DNA of 62,259 nt, the filler included, from Sphacelaria rigidula (lineage: Eukaryota), in NCBI GenBank assembly GCA_964200075.2. It is 9 parts of 9 records of this genome, joined end to end, with 100 filler letters (N's around TTAATTAATTAA, not from the genome) between each part and the next. Parts side by side here need not be neighbours in the genome. Positions count along the whole stretch, not along the records: positions 20,789 to 27,617 come from CAXNAA020017871.1; positions 27,718 to 34,546 come from CAXNAA020017872.1; positions 34,647 to 41,475 come from CAXNAA020017873.1; 6 more parts are not named here. One strand, 5' to 3'. Positions 22,700-35,379 of the stretch are shown here, one piece after another. Every line of letters starts with the position of its first letter. Positions within the stretch are counted from its first letter, which is position 1. The notes beneath the pieces were generated by a model that saw only the letters and a program-made list of their open reading frames with translations, ran no database searches and was not told the DNA's origin. The translations under genes and the position numbers were made by a program.

Positions 22700-24700
22700 C
22701 AGACGTGGACAGATAGCACCCTGTGGGGCACGTCTACAGGGTTCAGGGAAAGTGCGCAATGTTTCTCGCGGGGATTTGGCCGTAGTTTTTTTTCGCGCCA
22801 CACAGTACGCTTTACAGGGTTTCGTCACCGGTGTACTATTCATTGCTGGGAATATGCTGTACAGTATTTTCACGCACATACAATATGCTCCACCTTACAG
22901 CGCGGGTACGGTACTGGCGGAAAAAACGCTTCAAATATGACAGGGGTAGGTATCGGACTCGCGGTTTTGTGGCTGAAAGGACAACGCAGTCACCATTGAA
23001 CCACCTATGATTCGATGTGGACCTCAGATGTATTTTTGTACTTCCAATAGATATCAAGCAATAACTTCATAAACGGTACAACAGGTAGAAACATGATTTC
23101 GTTGAGCAAGCAATTTTAAAATGATTGCCTCTTGGGAAATTTGGGGAGAAGATACTCCCTAGGGTGTGAATTTACCACTGGAGTTTGGCATTTGAGACCC
23201 CAGCAATCTTGTATATTATAGTATAGACCATCACCCGAGATACATATCACCCGCCGTTCACAGACCGATCGAACCATGCAAACCCAACAACACTTGTTCC
23301 CAGCTATCACCGCACAACCCTGCAGCAAAGGGCACGAGTTGGGCATAGGGTCATAGATACACACTGCCGTGATTGGGTATGATGTATTTCTTGTTGGTGA
23401 AAACTTGAGCATCTTCTTTCATGGTCGCGTCATCGCGCGCGGTGACGGAACCACGCGGGGTAGAGCAGGGTGCGGAGGATAACCGCGGCTTATATTGAAC
23501 ACACTAACCATGGTCAGTGCAGGCAGTACAAAGCTCCACGTCGTTCCAATCCTTTTCACGTCTCAGTGTAGGTAGAGAACAGATATAGTCCTGCGCTGTC
23601 TGTACTGTACTTTTCCTGCTTCCCGTTCACGTCCTACTTCCTGTCCTGCAGTTGTGCGCATGTGCTGCAAGAATGCGCGTGTGAACAACATTCCCTGACG
23701 GCATATAACACCTCGATATATCAGAATAAGCTGCAGCATCCCCATCGCATAGCCATACGTAGCGCATATGCCGCGCTCACTCTGCAGTGTATAGCACCTG
23801 ACGTTTAAGCACGGTATGGCACTGTCCTGCATGGTATTGTACAGTACAGTATACAGTGTATTGTTGTGATTATATATCCCCATCAAAGTATATATAGCTC
23901 TTGATAAACCGCGATGAGAATTTTTCGCGTTTTTAATCTAAAAAATCATACATGGCTTTGTTGCAGTAGATATTGGACGACGGGGTTTTTATGAGCTATG
24001 TGTATACATCTGCGAGGTATATAACGGCATTCCGTCGTTACCATGGCTGCAGCTAAAGCTTGACGATGTGGAGCACAGCCGTGCGGACATACAGTCGTAC
24101 GCAGTGTGTAGGGTTCGTATACAGCGAAAGCTGTTGAAGAATTATATCCTTCAGCCCAATTGATATATGAATTGGGGGGCAAGAGGATGAATTTTCAACA
24201 ATTTTCGCTGCATCTCGAATCTTATCCGCTGATTACGGTGCAGTATGTGAGACTTGCACAGCTGAGGCTGTTTGCAATGAGTTCTCTTTCTGCCCAATCT
24301 CTGGATGAATTGGTGGGCAAATTGAAAATATATTTCGAGCAGCTTCTCCTGTTTAAATTCCAAACCTGCCAGTGTGTATGGGATTTGTACAGCAGAAGAA
24401 GCTTTTCGAAATAAAACCTCTTTTTGCCCAATTCAATTGATTGCAAATCGGGCAAAAAGGGGATTTATTTCGAACAGCTTCTCGAAATAAATAATTCTAC
24501 AGATCTTGTAACAAAATAATTGGAATTTTCAAATTGAAAGTGCTTCTCCACAGGGTTGCTTACAGTGTGTTGAGAAAAACGCTGTACAAAATGCTGATGA
24601 TAGAGGTACTAGGGTCTGCAAATGCCGTACAGGGACTCTCACAAAGACTGTGAAGAACCCTGTGCAGCACGTCCTACAGGGTGCTATCTGTCCACGTGTG
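22700..24700. mobile_element. 2.0-kb non-autonomous CACACG-ended (CMC/EnSpm-like) DNA transposon
   Basis: cagacgtggacagatagcaccctgt (from 22700) pairs with acagggtgctatctgtccacgtgtg (to 24700). CA on both flanks. ACAGGG subterminal repeats. Confidence 0.8.
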
Positions 24701-25315
24701 CATACTACAGACAGTCAGGGATGCGAACCAGGGGGTGTTAGCCTCCGAATTCTGTCCGGGCTGCTCGACGAAATTTTGCCGACCATAAACAACTGATCCC
24801 CGTTTCCTTTCTTCCATGTGGATACACCTGATAAAAAATTACATCCTGAGAACAAGCGAATCGTGCGTTCAAGCGATGCCCTCCCTGTTCAGTCGTCACA
24901 TACACGGCCACACCCCTGATACGCATGCCTGGTCAAAATCCTTTTCCTCTCAACTCGTCTCGCGTTGTTTCCTCAAACTCTGCAAAAATATACGGATATT
25001 TAGTATATTTTTGCCACCTGGTGTGCCAAGCGTGGGACGTTCCCGGAAAGCGAGTTTGATCAAACATGCACTGTGCACACAACGCATAAAACAGCGCTCG
25101 AATCGCACTCGTGGCCGACGAGATCGTCTCTGATTTAGCTGGCCTATCGACGAACCGTCCCCAACAAGCCACCGTCCCCGACAAGAGTGTGCGCAGAAGG
25201 CCTTCTGGGGTTCTCTTGGAACCGGCCGGACGGACCCTTCGTTTCTGACTATGGCTAGTTTGATTTTTCCACCGGGAAAAGCTGGGACACTTCGAGGGGT
25301 AAATTTGAAAATTTC

Positions 25316-27047
25316 CAGGACTTTTTACGTGACACGTTACACGTCACAAGCGTATGTCACAAGGGTGTGACGTAACGTAACGTATGTTTTTCGAATACGT
25401 CACAATTGTGACGTAACGTGAAGTACCGGTGAAAAAATGTGGCGTGACGTAACGTTGAATTTTGCAATATGTCACAAATGTGACGTGACGTGACGTATGT
25501 TTTTAATACGTCACAGCAACGTGTTTTGAAACCTTTCCCGTAGCGTGTAACGTATTATAAACGTTACACGTCACAAAATACGTTACACGTTACAAAATAC
25601 GTCACACGTCGCAATAAACGTTACACGTCACGTTTTTGTACGTTTGTGACGTCCGAATGAACGTCGCGACCGTCACACGGTCAACCTGGACCACAATCAA
25701 GGTGAGATTAGCATATGTGATACTCGCAAGATACAATACATGAGTTCAAGAAGAGTGTGCATACGTCATCATAATACGCACGCGATGTAAGCGCAAGTTC
25801 AGCGCCACGGCAGCATGCACCGCCACACCACACCCAACCATAGTATGCATTATTTTGAGTTGCCGTGTGCCGTTTTACTTATTGGTGTCACTAGTATCAG
25901 AATATGGACTACGAAGTAATCAGAGACCTTGTGCCTTTGAAGAAGAGGTGCGAAGGGTGACACGAGCTTGTGACCTCGTGGACAAATTCGGTCGCTCCAC
26001 TGCTGTTCTGTAGTTTTGTTCTTGATGTCGTTGATTTTGCTTTGTTTTCTCATGTTGGGGTTGATTTGTTTTTCTGGTTTTTTGCCGTCCGTCTCTGTTC
26101 GAACGGTGTTGTGTGGCTTTTTGTCTCTATTCTTGGCACAATTAATCATGATGTGTTTCTACCCTCAAGGTGTCCGCCCTGCGAACGCGGCTGGATTCGT
26201 ACCGGATCATCAGTTCATGTGTATTACATATATAGAATATAGATCTTCTGCTTACACGCCCTGCTGAGAGAGCAAATAAATATAACAATACAGAATCGGA
26301 TTGCTATGCGTTGGTTGTCCTACAAAATGCCAACCGACTACCAGGTATCAATAACGTATGATCTGGATATATATACTTGCGTTTGTATGTGTACGTCATA
26401 GCCTGCGCGCATCTTGGTATCTCACTATCTGATCATGGTGCATCAATAACGTACTCATGTATTTCTTTGAAATTTCAACGTGTGAGTCAGGGACGCATGA
26501 GCGATACACTAGCTGAAACGCATTCTTACATGCCAACATGCCGAGCAGGACGCGCCTCCTACTCCAAGAAGGCAGCCACTGTGAACCTCCCGTACCAAGT
26601 CGCGGTACATGAAACCTTACAACGTTGTACATAGCGTTCATTTTCCCTCAACACGGCCGAAGTGTAACGTTTTATTTTACGTTGCACGTCACAAACGTAA
26701 CGTATATTATTCGTTACACGTCACAATAACGTTCCGAAATACGTTGCACATCACAAACGTAACGCGTCAAAATACGTTACACTTCACAGACGTATAATGA
26801 TGTGACGTGTAACACTTAGTGTGACGTGCCACGTTTATTGTGACGTGTAACGTGTAAACTGTGTTACACGTTACGTGAAGCGTTTCAAGGTACGTTACTG
26901 TGACGTAACGTAACGTGTACATTTTCAATACGTCACAAGTGTGACGTAACGTAACGTACCCGTACAATAATGTGACGTTACGTAACGTATAATTGTCATA
27001 CGTTACATTTGTGACGTATCGTGTAATGTGTAACGTAAAGAGCCCTG
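25316..27047. mobile_element. Non-autonomous hAT transposon, 1732 bp
   Basis: TIR caggactttttacg / cgtaaagagccctg. Perfect 8-bp TSD AAAATTTC (25308-15, 27048-55). Dense GTGACG/GTAACG subterminal arrays at 25325-25655 and 26660-27035. Confidence 0.93.
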
Positions 27048-27400
27048 AAAATTTCCAATACGGTATGTTTTGTGAGCGATCCGCATCCCTAGCAGTACAT
27101 CAAGAGCTGTCGGAGCACCCGCACGGTGATCTCCCGATCGTGGGGTATATACTTGGCGATATGTCACGGTTCTTGAGATATGTTGAAAACTTGAAGCTTT
27201 TTCAGTGTTTAGACCGATCAAGCTCTTGTGAGAACTTGATCGAGGGGGATGCAAAGAAAGGAGGTCCTTCTGCCTCCTCCAATTTTGGCACTTCTTCGTC
27301 GTTTATCCCCCGAAATGCGGGCTAGGCGGATGTTCACACCTTGAAATGACGTGCTCTATTCGCTGACACCGTTTCAGAGCACCCATTTGCGTTTTCCGTG

Positions 27401-27617
27401 CGAGCTGGGCCAGCCAGCCGAAAAACGGATTTAAGCTTTAAAAGCAATATCTCATCGACACAGACGAGTTGGGCCGTGATCCGCATATATTTTATCATAT
27501 TCATCGCCTAATCAAGGGGAATGTGCCCATCTGCTCAAAAGTTTCGGCCCATATTTTCTCGTTGATTAAACCCCATGTCTAGTAATTCCTATACCTCAGG
27601 GAGATAGCGCCGATACT
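27401..27617 (+). repeat. Interspersed repeat, inverted copy at 28066-28272 (different contig), short fragment at ~61510-61540
   Basis: Shared blocks cgagctgggccagc, gcaatatctcatcg, gacgagttgggccgtgatccgcata, aaacccca..tctagtaat. Confidence 0.8.
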
Positions 27618-30532
27618 NNNNNNNNNNNNNNNNNNNNNNNNNNNNNNNNNNNNNNNNNNNNTTAATTAATTAANNNNNNNNNNNNNNNNNNNNNNNNNNN
27701 NNNNNNNNNNNNNNNNNGTCAATGGTCACACGACTAAGGCAAGCAACAAATGAGTACGCCCCCCCCCTATCGTAGCACGACTCTTTTGCTGTATTATTCA
27801 CTACTAGCGGTTCTCCATACGAAACTTCATAGCACAACTCTCGAAAACTGAGACGCGAGCTGCAACCCTGATTCAGGGCATATAGTGCCTCTGCTCGTAA
27901 CATATTGTTTTCAGTATAGATCCCCATGTGTGCCATATCTCGAGACAGATCACGAATTAGGTGACGGTGAGGGTACGAGTACGTATCGTCTCCCCGTGCT
28001 CCAGGGGATGTCCACACCAAAAATCGTCGCGCTGGATGTATCGTTTGGGGTTTCATATAGATTTTGGTATTGGCGCTATCTCCGTAGGGTATAGGGATTA
28101 CTAGATATGGGGTTTAACCAACGAGAAAGTATTGGCCAATACTTTTGAGCAGCTGGACTCCTTCCCCTTGATGAGACGATTGATACGATATGCGGATCAC
28201 GGCCCAACTCGTCTATGCCGATGAGATATTGCTTTTAGAGCTTTAATCCGTTTTTAGGCTGGCCCAGCTCGTAGGCTTTGTTTCTTTATTCGTTTTTTCC
28301 CAAAAAACTTATGCGTCTCGTTCAAAAGGGGTCATTTCGAAGCGGAAACCCCGCCGAGGCGTTACAATTACTTGAACTTAGGGGGGAAGCCTGAAAAACA
28401 AGAACCCGTAATTTATGCGATTTATATGCGCGCATAAAACACAAAAGCCTAGAGAGAGAGGGAGGAAACTGTTGGAATAACTCGTGTTCTATAGCAGTCC
28501 TTGCGACAGGCTGACTACCGTTCAGCGAACAGTATAGCATGGCGGAGGTTGCACGTGGTTATTAGACCACTGTTTATGCAGCTCAAAAAATAAATAAATA
28601 AGACAGACGGTTGATTGGGCTCTTCATCCGGCCAGGAAAAAACAGAACGCCCAGTCTCTTCTCAAAGCAGAGAACTGAAGGTGGTGAAGGAAAGTGACTC
28701 CAAGGGCGGTAGAAGCCACCGATTCCAAGCATACCTAATCCTGAAACAAAAAGCAAAGACCTCTACACGTGCGTAGGCTAAAATGCATCCTCAACACTGA
28801 CGTGTTTGGTTTGCCAGCTCACAGACTGGATTCGTCCTCAACCTACGATACTCACAAACAATGGCAGCACACTGTCGTATCCTACGATCTTACGTGGCAA
28901 AGCTTGACAAGATATATAACATCAAGGATCCACACAAAGCGGTACTTGTATCCAGGGTCATTTCTGGGGGCTCCAACTTGAACCGGAACCTTTTGTGCTG
29001 CTAATTTTCCACAGAGTAATAACCCACACAGAAACAGACAGCTAGATTACTGGCTGCATAAACTTCCAACGGAAACTACCCGCGGTCTTCGGATTGACCC
29101 ATCTCCTTTTTTGGAGCAACTGGAATCTGTACAGTACTACCTCGTAAAAAACCGTAACACGCCTTCTATTCCTCACACGTGTAAGAGGGGCAGCACACAG
29201 CAACGATTCACCCCATATGAAGGTACAACAAGCACCGCATGAAAACTATACACCATCGGCAAACGAGTGTCTAAACATCCACGCAGTAAACGAATGTCTT
29301 AACAATCAGGGGGGGGCGGGGGGGGGTAAGCGGGTGTCGCCATGATCACCTGTACACTACGGCCTGGCCTTCTAAACTCTGCACCACTATACTGCGGTAT
29401 TACCACCAAACTACGGTCCCTTGAAAGCACAGACATGTTTGTCTGATCGGCACTGCTTCGTCACAGCCCGCTCCTCAGAAATCCTAAAACCGCTGCACAA
29501 AAAAAACACAAAACAAGAAATGCGCTTCACCACAGCTTAGTTTTTCAAATTTCCGATCGGTTTGGCGGTTGGCCACAGGGTGGTGGAACCATGCCTGTAC
29601 CGCGAAAACGGTGGTAACATCATCAGAGCATACCCAACACTGCCACGTTCCATAATGCAGGAGGCATAATGCTGTAAAAACATTCAAAAATGTATACATG
29701 AAGAGATGACTACTCGTACCATAAAACAAAAATCGAACGATCTGATAGCATCCCAACTATACTGAATGGGCAGTCAACCAGCCCGCTTGGAAACAACACA
29801 CCCAACCATGCATCTTCATACAGGTGGTATCACGCAGAACCCTCGTTACACCCAGCGGTACAAGCATCTCCCCCCGCCCCCCCGTACGAGCACGCTACTT
29901 GGCTATCTCACTGCCGTCCTAATGGTGCCCTATACGTAAAAACAGCGCGCACAGTACCCCGCCCCCATACAGGCCAAGATTCACCAAAAAAACGATAACA
30001 AAAGGGAAGGAAGCAATCTGGTCACGTCATCCCCTCACCTGACATCAGAACCTAACCAAAAGAGCCCGCCCATAGACGCTTGTGACGAGACCATCACCAC
30101 TACTTCGACGTGTGTTACCTCACGCAGCACGCAGCTGTATCATGTTTCTCTCTCGCATTTTCAACATGACTTTTCCCTCCGATCCGTTTCACTTCACCCC
30201 CCCTCCCCCCGGCCCGGCAAGCACCCGGCGTGCTTCGTTCCTGCTCTGCAGGGATGCGAGGTCAATGGTTATATGGTAACGGCATGCAATACCATGAGCA
30301 CACCGCCCCCCTCCCCCTTACCAGGGTAGAGATAAGAAGGGCGAGCTGAAACGTTCAAGTTGCTTCCTCCGGAGGTGAACATAAAGCTAGCAGTCGGTGT
30401 GAGCAAACCCCTCTTATCTGTACTACGACCGTTGAACAGTCGCCGTAATGGACTTGCTCAGCCTTACCCAAATTCAAAACGTTCTGGTCTGTAGGCGAAT
30501 GTATTCCCACACTCTATCTAGCACCCATCTAG

Positions 30533-30672
30533 CACCGCAGAAGGAAGGTGAGCAAGAAAACACAAAATGGACTGCTGTGTAACCTTCCTCCGGTGTGACG
30601 CAGCCTGGTGCGCCCACATGTACCGGAAGGCGTAGGCGTCCAGGATTCATGGGACGAACACACACACGCGCG
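30533..30672 (+). mobile_element. Diverged 3' part of the tRNA-derived SINE
   Basis: ctgtgtaaccttcctccggtgtgacgc...cccacatgtaccg...gggacgaacacacacac matches the SINE 3' region and CA tail. Confidence 0.65.
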
Positions 30673-32496
30673 CACAATTACATATCCAAAATACTCCTCC
30701 GCAAACCCTACCCGAACGAATATTTCAACGGCAGATCGTCTGCCTCACAAGGTTCGTCCAAGACGTCTCCAGAACTTTCCTGCACCTCATGTATCTAACC
30801 CATGTACGAGGCGGGCAGCGGCGTAAACCTGAGTTCGAAAAGCATCCCGCAAGGGTTATCAAAATCACACGGCTGGTCTACCTTCGCTGAACCGCGGGCG
30901 CCTATCAACACCCTCCCACATATCTCTGAGGCCGTGCAACGACCTCAACTTTTGCCCCACTTCCACCACCATTTGCGGGATGACTGCTGACGTATTGGAG
31001 GCTGCCGGCCGTTGCCACGGCCTGTGTCGTTGTGCGAAGCGTCATTCTGATCTGTGTCGTGCGAAGCGTCATTCAGCCGGTCAAACCCAGCTGGTCCCAA
31101 TGTCGGCTCCGCCTGAAATACAGTAGAGCGGCGGCGGGGACCGGTAACATTTGAACAAGGAAAACGGTTGCATGAAACAAGGGCGATCATCAAGCATTAT
31201 GGAAGCGTCGATGGACAAGTGACGTTTTGAAAAAAAAAGTCCCGCCCCAACGCGAGCTTTCTGTCACCGGGAACATGTCAATTCGAGTTCTGTGCACGAA
31301 TCTGTCACAATACTATACTTGAATTTCGACTGGTGCACTGTTTTGGCGGGCTGCATCATTAACTCTAACTGAAGGACAACAGCCATATCTTGCCCAAAAA
31401 ACGTCAATTGTAAATCGTCACTTTTCCATCAACGGTTCCGGAGGGGTTAAAAGGGCGGGTCGGGCAGGGTATATACACCCTACAGTTTGGTATTTTGAAA
31501 AGCGGGGATCCAACCCATGCCATGGCGCTGCAGTCAGCCAGCCCAGTGCTGTTGTTCCCCTCTCCGAAGCCCATACAAGTATTTGTGAGCGACTTAGGCA
31601 GGTGATGTGCAACGTATCAAAATATTCGGATATCGGGTATAGCGTACTCGACCTGCTTTCGGAACACTAGTTCAGTCGACGAGGTCCATGCATTTTCCGG
31701 GGCGCCAACGTATCAACAGTAACACCTTTGTTCATTCGTTTGGCGGAAGTGAACAGCCGTTTGTTATGGACGGGTCGAGTCTACCGTCCACACGCTCACG
31801 GCGCTTCACAAATAATACCTCTTCAATGATTGCAGCCGCTAAAGTGGCGGTCGATCAGTTCGGCACCGGTTTCGCAGATGCTCAACACGTTTTTTACATG
31901 GGATGTTCTTAGTGTGATATCTGCGATCACGTGCACAAGAAGGCGTACAGAGGGTGACATGATACCACACGTCGGATACATCATGACCTATCTGAAAATT
32001 ATTTCTTCTCAGAATATTGATCCGGATCATGACCCGGATCATTTGGTCCGCCCTTTTCCGTGTTTGCTCCTTACAGCGCCGGACCCCGAGCACGCCGAGT
32101 AGCGCAAAGGTTGCGCTTTGGCTTCTCTGACTCCGCGGTCGCATATTTTGTGTTTTTGGACCAACGGATTCGAGAGTTGTTTTTCTTCGATTTTTTGTTT
32201 CAGACACATCATGATCCGTCCGACGTGTGCATGATACCCCCGCTGGTGTAGCATGACTGCATACAGTACTCGCAAACACCATTTGTTACGAACAAGGAAA
32301 AAGCTATTTGTAGGCAAGCGATCGATCAATTCCAAGGGTCGGATAAACAAGATCGTCGTTTGCCCCATAGTCAACATTTGCACGAATCGCACGTATTGTG
32401 ATTCGTAAATGTTTTGGGCTCGTGATTCTCACCACACTACACGAAATGCATACATTCCCGCGTGGCAATATTTGAGGTACACCGAGGTACACCGTC

Positions 32497-33085
32497 AAAG
32501 GTACATGTTTTCCTACCTTCCATTCACATCGTATGAATCATAGGTACATATTTCTCACACTTTCCATTCATGCAGCATGAATCATGGGTACATGTTTACC
32601 CACCTTCCTCTCATACGGCATGAATCACAGGTACACGTTTCCCACCTTCCTCTCATACGGCATGGATCACATGTACATGTCACCCACTTTCCACTTACGA
32701 GAGGTGAATCAACCGTACATCTTCCCGATTTTCCGTTCAAGCAGCATGGATCATGCGTACATTTTTCCCGGCTTTCATCCATACGAGATGGATCAAGTGG
32801 ACACGTTTCCCTCACTCCATTCAAACGGCATGAATCATACGTGAATATTGCCCATCTGTCGTTCAAACGGCATGATTCATAGATACATGCTCTGCACCTT
32901 TGGTTCATGCGAGATGAATCAAGTGTACATGTTTCCCACCATTCATTTGTACAGGAACTATGATTCGTACATATTATGGACTATTCGTTCGTGCGACACT
33001 GCTCGGAGTGTACACATTCCCAACTCACGATTCGTTCGGTATGATCTTGAACGTACAACTTCACCACCCTTGGTTCATACCGGAT
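32497..33085. repeat. Diverged 42-bp minisatellite, ~14 units
   Basis: Unit like catgaatcacaggtacacgtttcccaccttcctctcatacgg. It produces the 14-aa periodicity in ORFs 32577-32882 and 32582-32908. Confidence 0.85.
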
Positions 33086-34167
33086 GACCCTCTGGTGCAT
33101 GATTTGCACTCAACATTCATGGGGAGTCAACCCGTATGAGCTCTGATTCGCCCGAACCGTGCAATCTTACGATGAGCACGAATTAAATTTGGTCACCTTC
33201 AGGTATGCCCAAGCACATTTGGGCGATTTCAGGTACAGCAGTAGATCGCACACAAATTGCACTGAGTATGACCATATGATCGCTCTGGGTCACGCAAATA
33301 TCCGCAGATGATGACAAATCCTGTAGGCATACCTGAAATTGTCAGCTTCTCTACACAGCCTGCACCTCAACCGCGGTGACTACCCAGAAATGGCGAAATT
33401 AGTACCTGAAAGCACATAGGGAGAACTACGGAATATCGCACGACAATAGAAGCAACCAACAAGGGGATCGCACGTCTACATCCCCGTATGTACGAAAAAC
33501 CACTTAGCCATTGTGAACCCCCCCCTCCTCTCCCAGACACAGATGCCTCACCCGTCACGCGCGCATATGCTTGCGCAAGAGGGCATAGGAAGCGTTGTTG
33601 AAACTGGTGGCGCTTCCCCCCCATTGCTCGTGGTTATGCATGCGTGTTTCCTCACAGCACACCGTACAAAGAGCGTGTGAAATGGATAAAAAAAACGGGA
33701 CTTTTATGTGCGCGCGGGCCTGAAAAAACAAATCATATCCTCAGGGTTTGTTCACAAAATCGAGAACATCCCACACTGCTGTCAGTCATCATTGTCAACC
33801 ATATAGTATATAAAAAATATTTCGAACTCACGAGCGTGAAGCATACTTTGCAACGAGGCGTCCACGAGATTTGTTGATTATTTTAGTGTGCAATGTCCTC
33901 CGCACCCGCCCCGGGAGATGACTGCTCGGGCCAATGCCAATACTAGGGGTCCGGTAGGCGGATTCGTACTTTACTTTGTGCGGGGGTACACATGCGTTCG
34001 CGACCGTTCGAACGGACGCGCGATTGCGGTGGTCCTGCAATGTTTCCGGCGGGCATGAACATTTCGAGGGAGGATCTATTCTCACGAGGGCTTGGCGTGG
34101 CAAGAATACCGAGACCCTCGAAAAAGACTGACGGGACCGGGGCGCAGCCCCGGGTCCCGTACGGCTT

Positions 34168-34546
34168 GTATATGTACACGTATCATTTCACTTTTTTCAC
34201 CACTTTTGCCGAGTTTTCTCTGGCGGCGAGGCATCTCATGACGCGCTTTGTTTTGCAGTGCACGAAGAAGGCGCAGCGGTACATGACCGTTCAGGTTTGG
34301 GTGTCATCTAATACCTGTGGCGTGTGTTCTGGCCATCGAAAGTCGCCCGCACTGGCTCTTATGTGCGGGGTGTCGATCCCGAACCACAAAAGCCTCCCCA
34401 AGTTCATGAAAAACTTCAAGCAGTAGGATGATTGTTGGAGGGATATTTTCCACTCGTGTTTCTCTTCGTCGGGTTCTCGTTTATTTGGGAGCACGAGTAC
34501 ACCGCTTATGCCGCCAATGTCACGAGAACATTAGAGCAATGCAGTT
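34168..34546 (+). repeat. Interspersed repeat, inverted homologue of 10341-10728, truncated by the contig end
   Basis: Reverse-complement colinearity with 10341-10728. Confidence 0.8.
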
Positions 34547-35379
34547 NNNNNNNNNNNNNNNNNNNNNNNNNNNNNNNNNNNNNNNNNNNNTTAATTAATT
34601 AANNNNNNNNNNNNNNNNNNNNNNNNNNNNNNNNNNNNNNNNNNNNGAGCGAGCGTCGGTGCTCCGTGTCCGAATTGTTTGTGTCTCGACAGACCCTCGG
34701 ACTGAGTCATGAGAAAAGGAAAGAGACGGCCGGCCTTTGCGAGATGACTTCGGCACGATACGTAGGGCATCTCCAGTCTGTCCGATGTTTGGGGGCATGT
34801 GATGGGTAGATTGCGATGTTTCGGCCTGGCGCAGAGTCGACATATACTATGCCTGGCACGCGTAGTTATGGGAAATTTTGTGTCGCATATTGACGGAGTC
34901 TCGGCGGCCCCACCCATCTCCGCCACATCGCCGTTGGCGTCAACAACATGGGTGTGCACGCTCAAGATGAATGGAAACAAAATAGCACACAATGGGAATC
35001 GAATGCGGTCAGACTTCAAGAACAACAAAGGGGAATAAAAATCCGGCCAGGAACTGCCGTGGAGCAAAAACGAAGGAACAACGCTTTGCCGATCGCTGGA
35101 ACGAAAATCTCTTCCTTTTTTCTCTGCGATTTTGTTCTCGCACATCAACCGACCCCCGAGGACCCCACCCATCTTCGCTCAGTTGCTTCATAGTCGACAA
35201 ATCAGAGGTCGGGAAAAAATATTAAACCATTACAAAAGAAAACATGAAGAAGCAAATGGACTCGAAAACAATCGCAGCCAGGACCGAGACAAGGTCCAAG
35301 ACAAAAAGTCGAAGAGAAATATATGCGTAGACAGACTGAGTCAAGTGACATACAACCGCAACCCCCCGTGCGGCAAAAT

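Noticed and set aside
27401..28272. Apparent ~210-bp inverted repeat straddling the spacer, resembling one TIR element
   Set aside because: The two arms lie on different, unlinked contigs. They are chance neighbours from an abundant repeat family.
28640..29830. Possible DIRS/tyrosine-recombinase or LINE relic
   Set aside because: Hand translation gave no convincing catalytic motifs.
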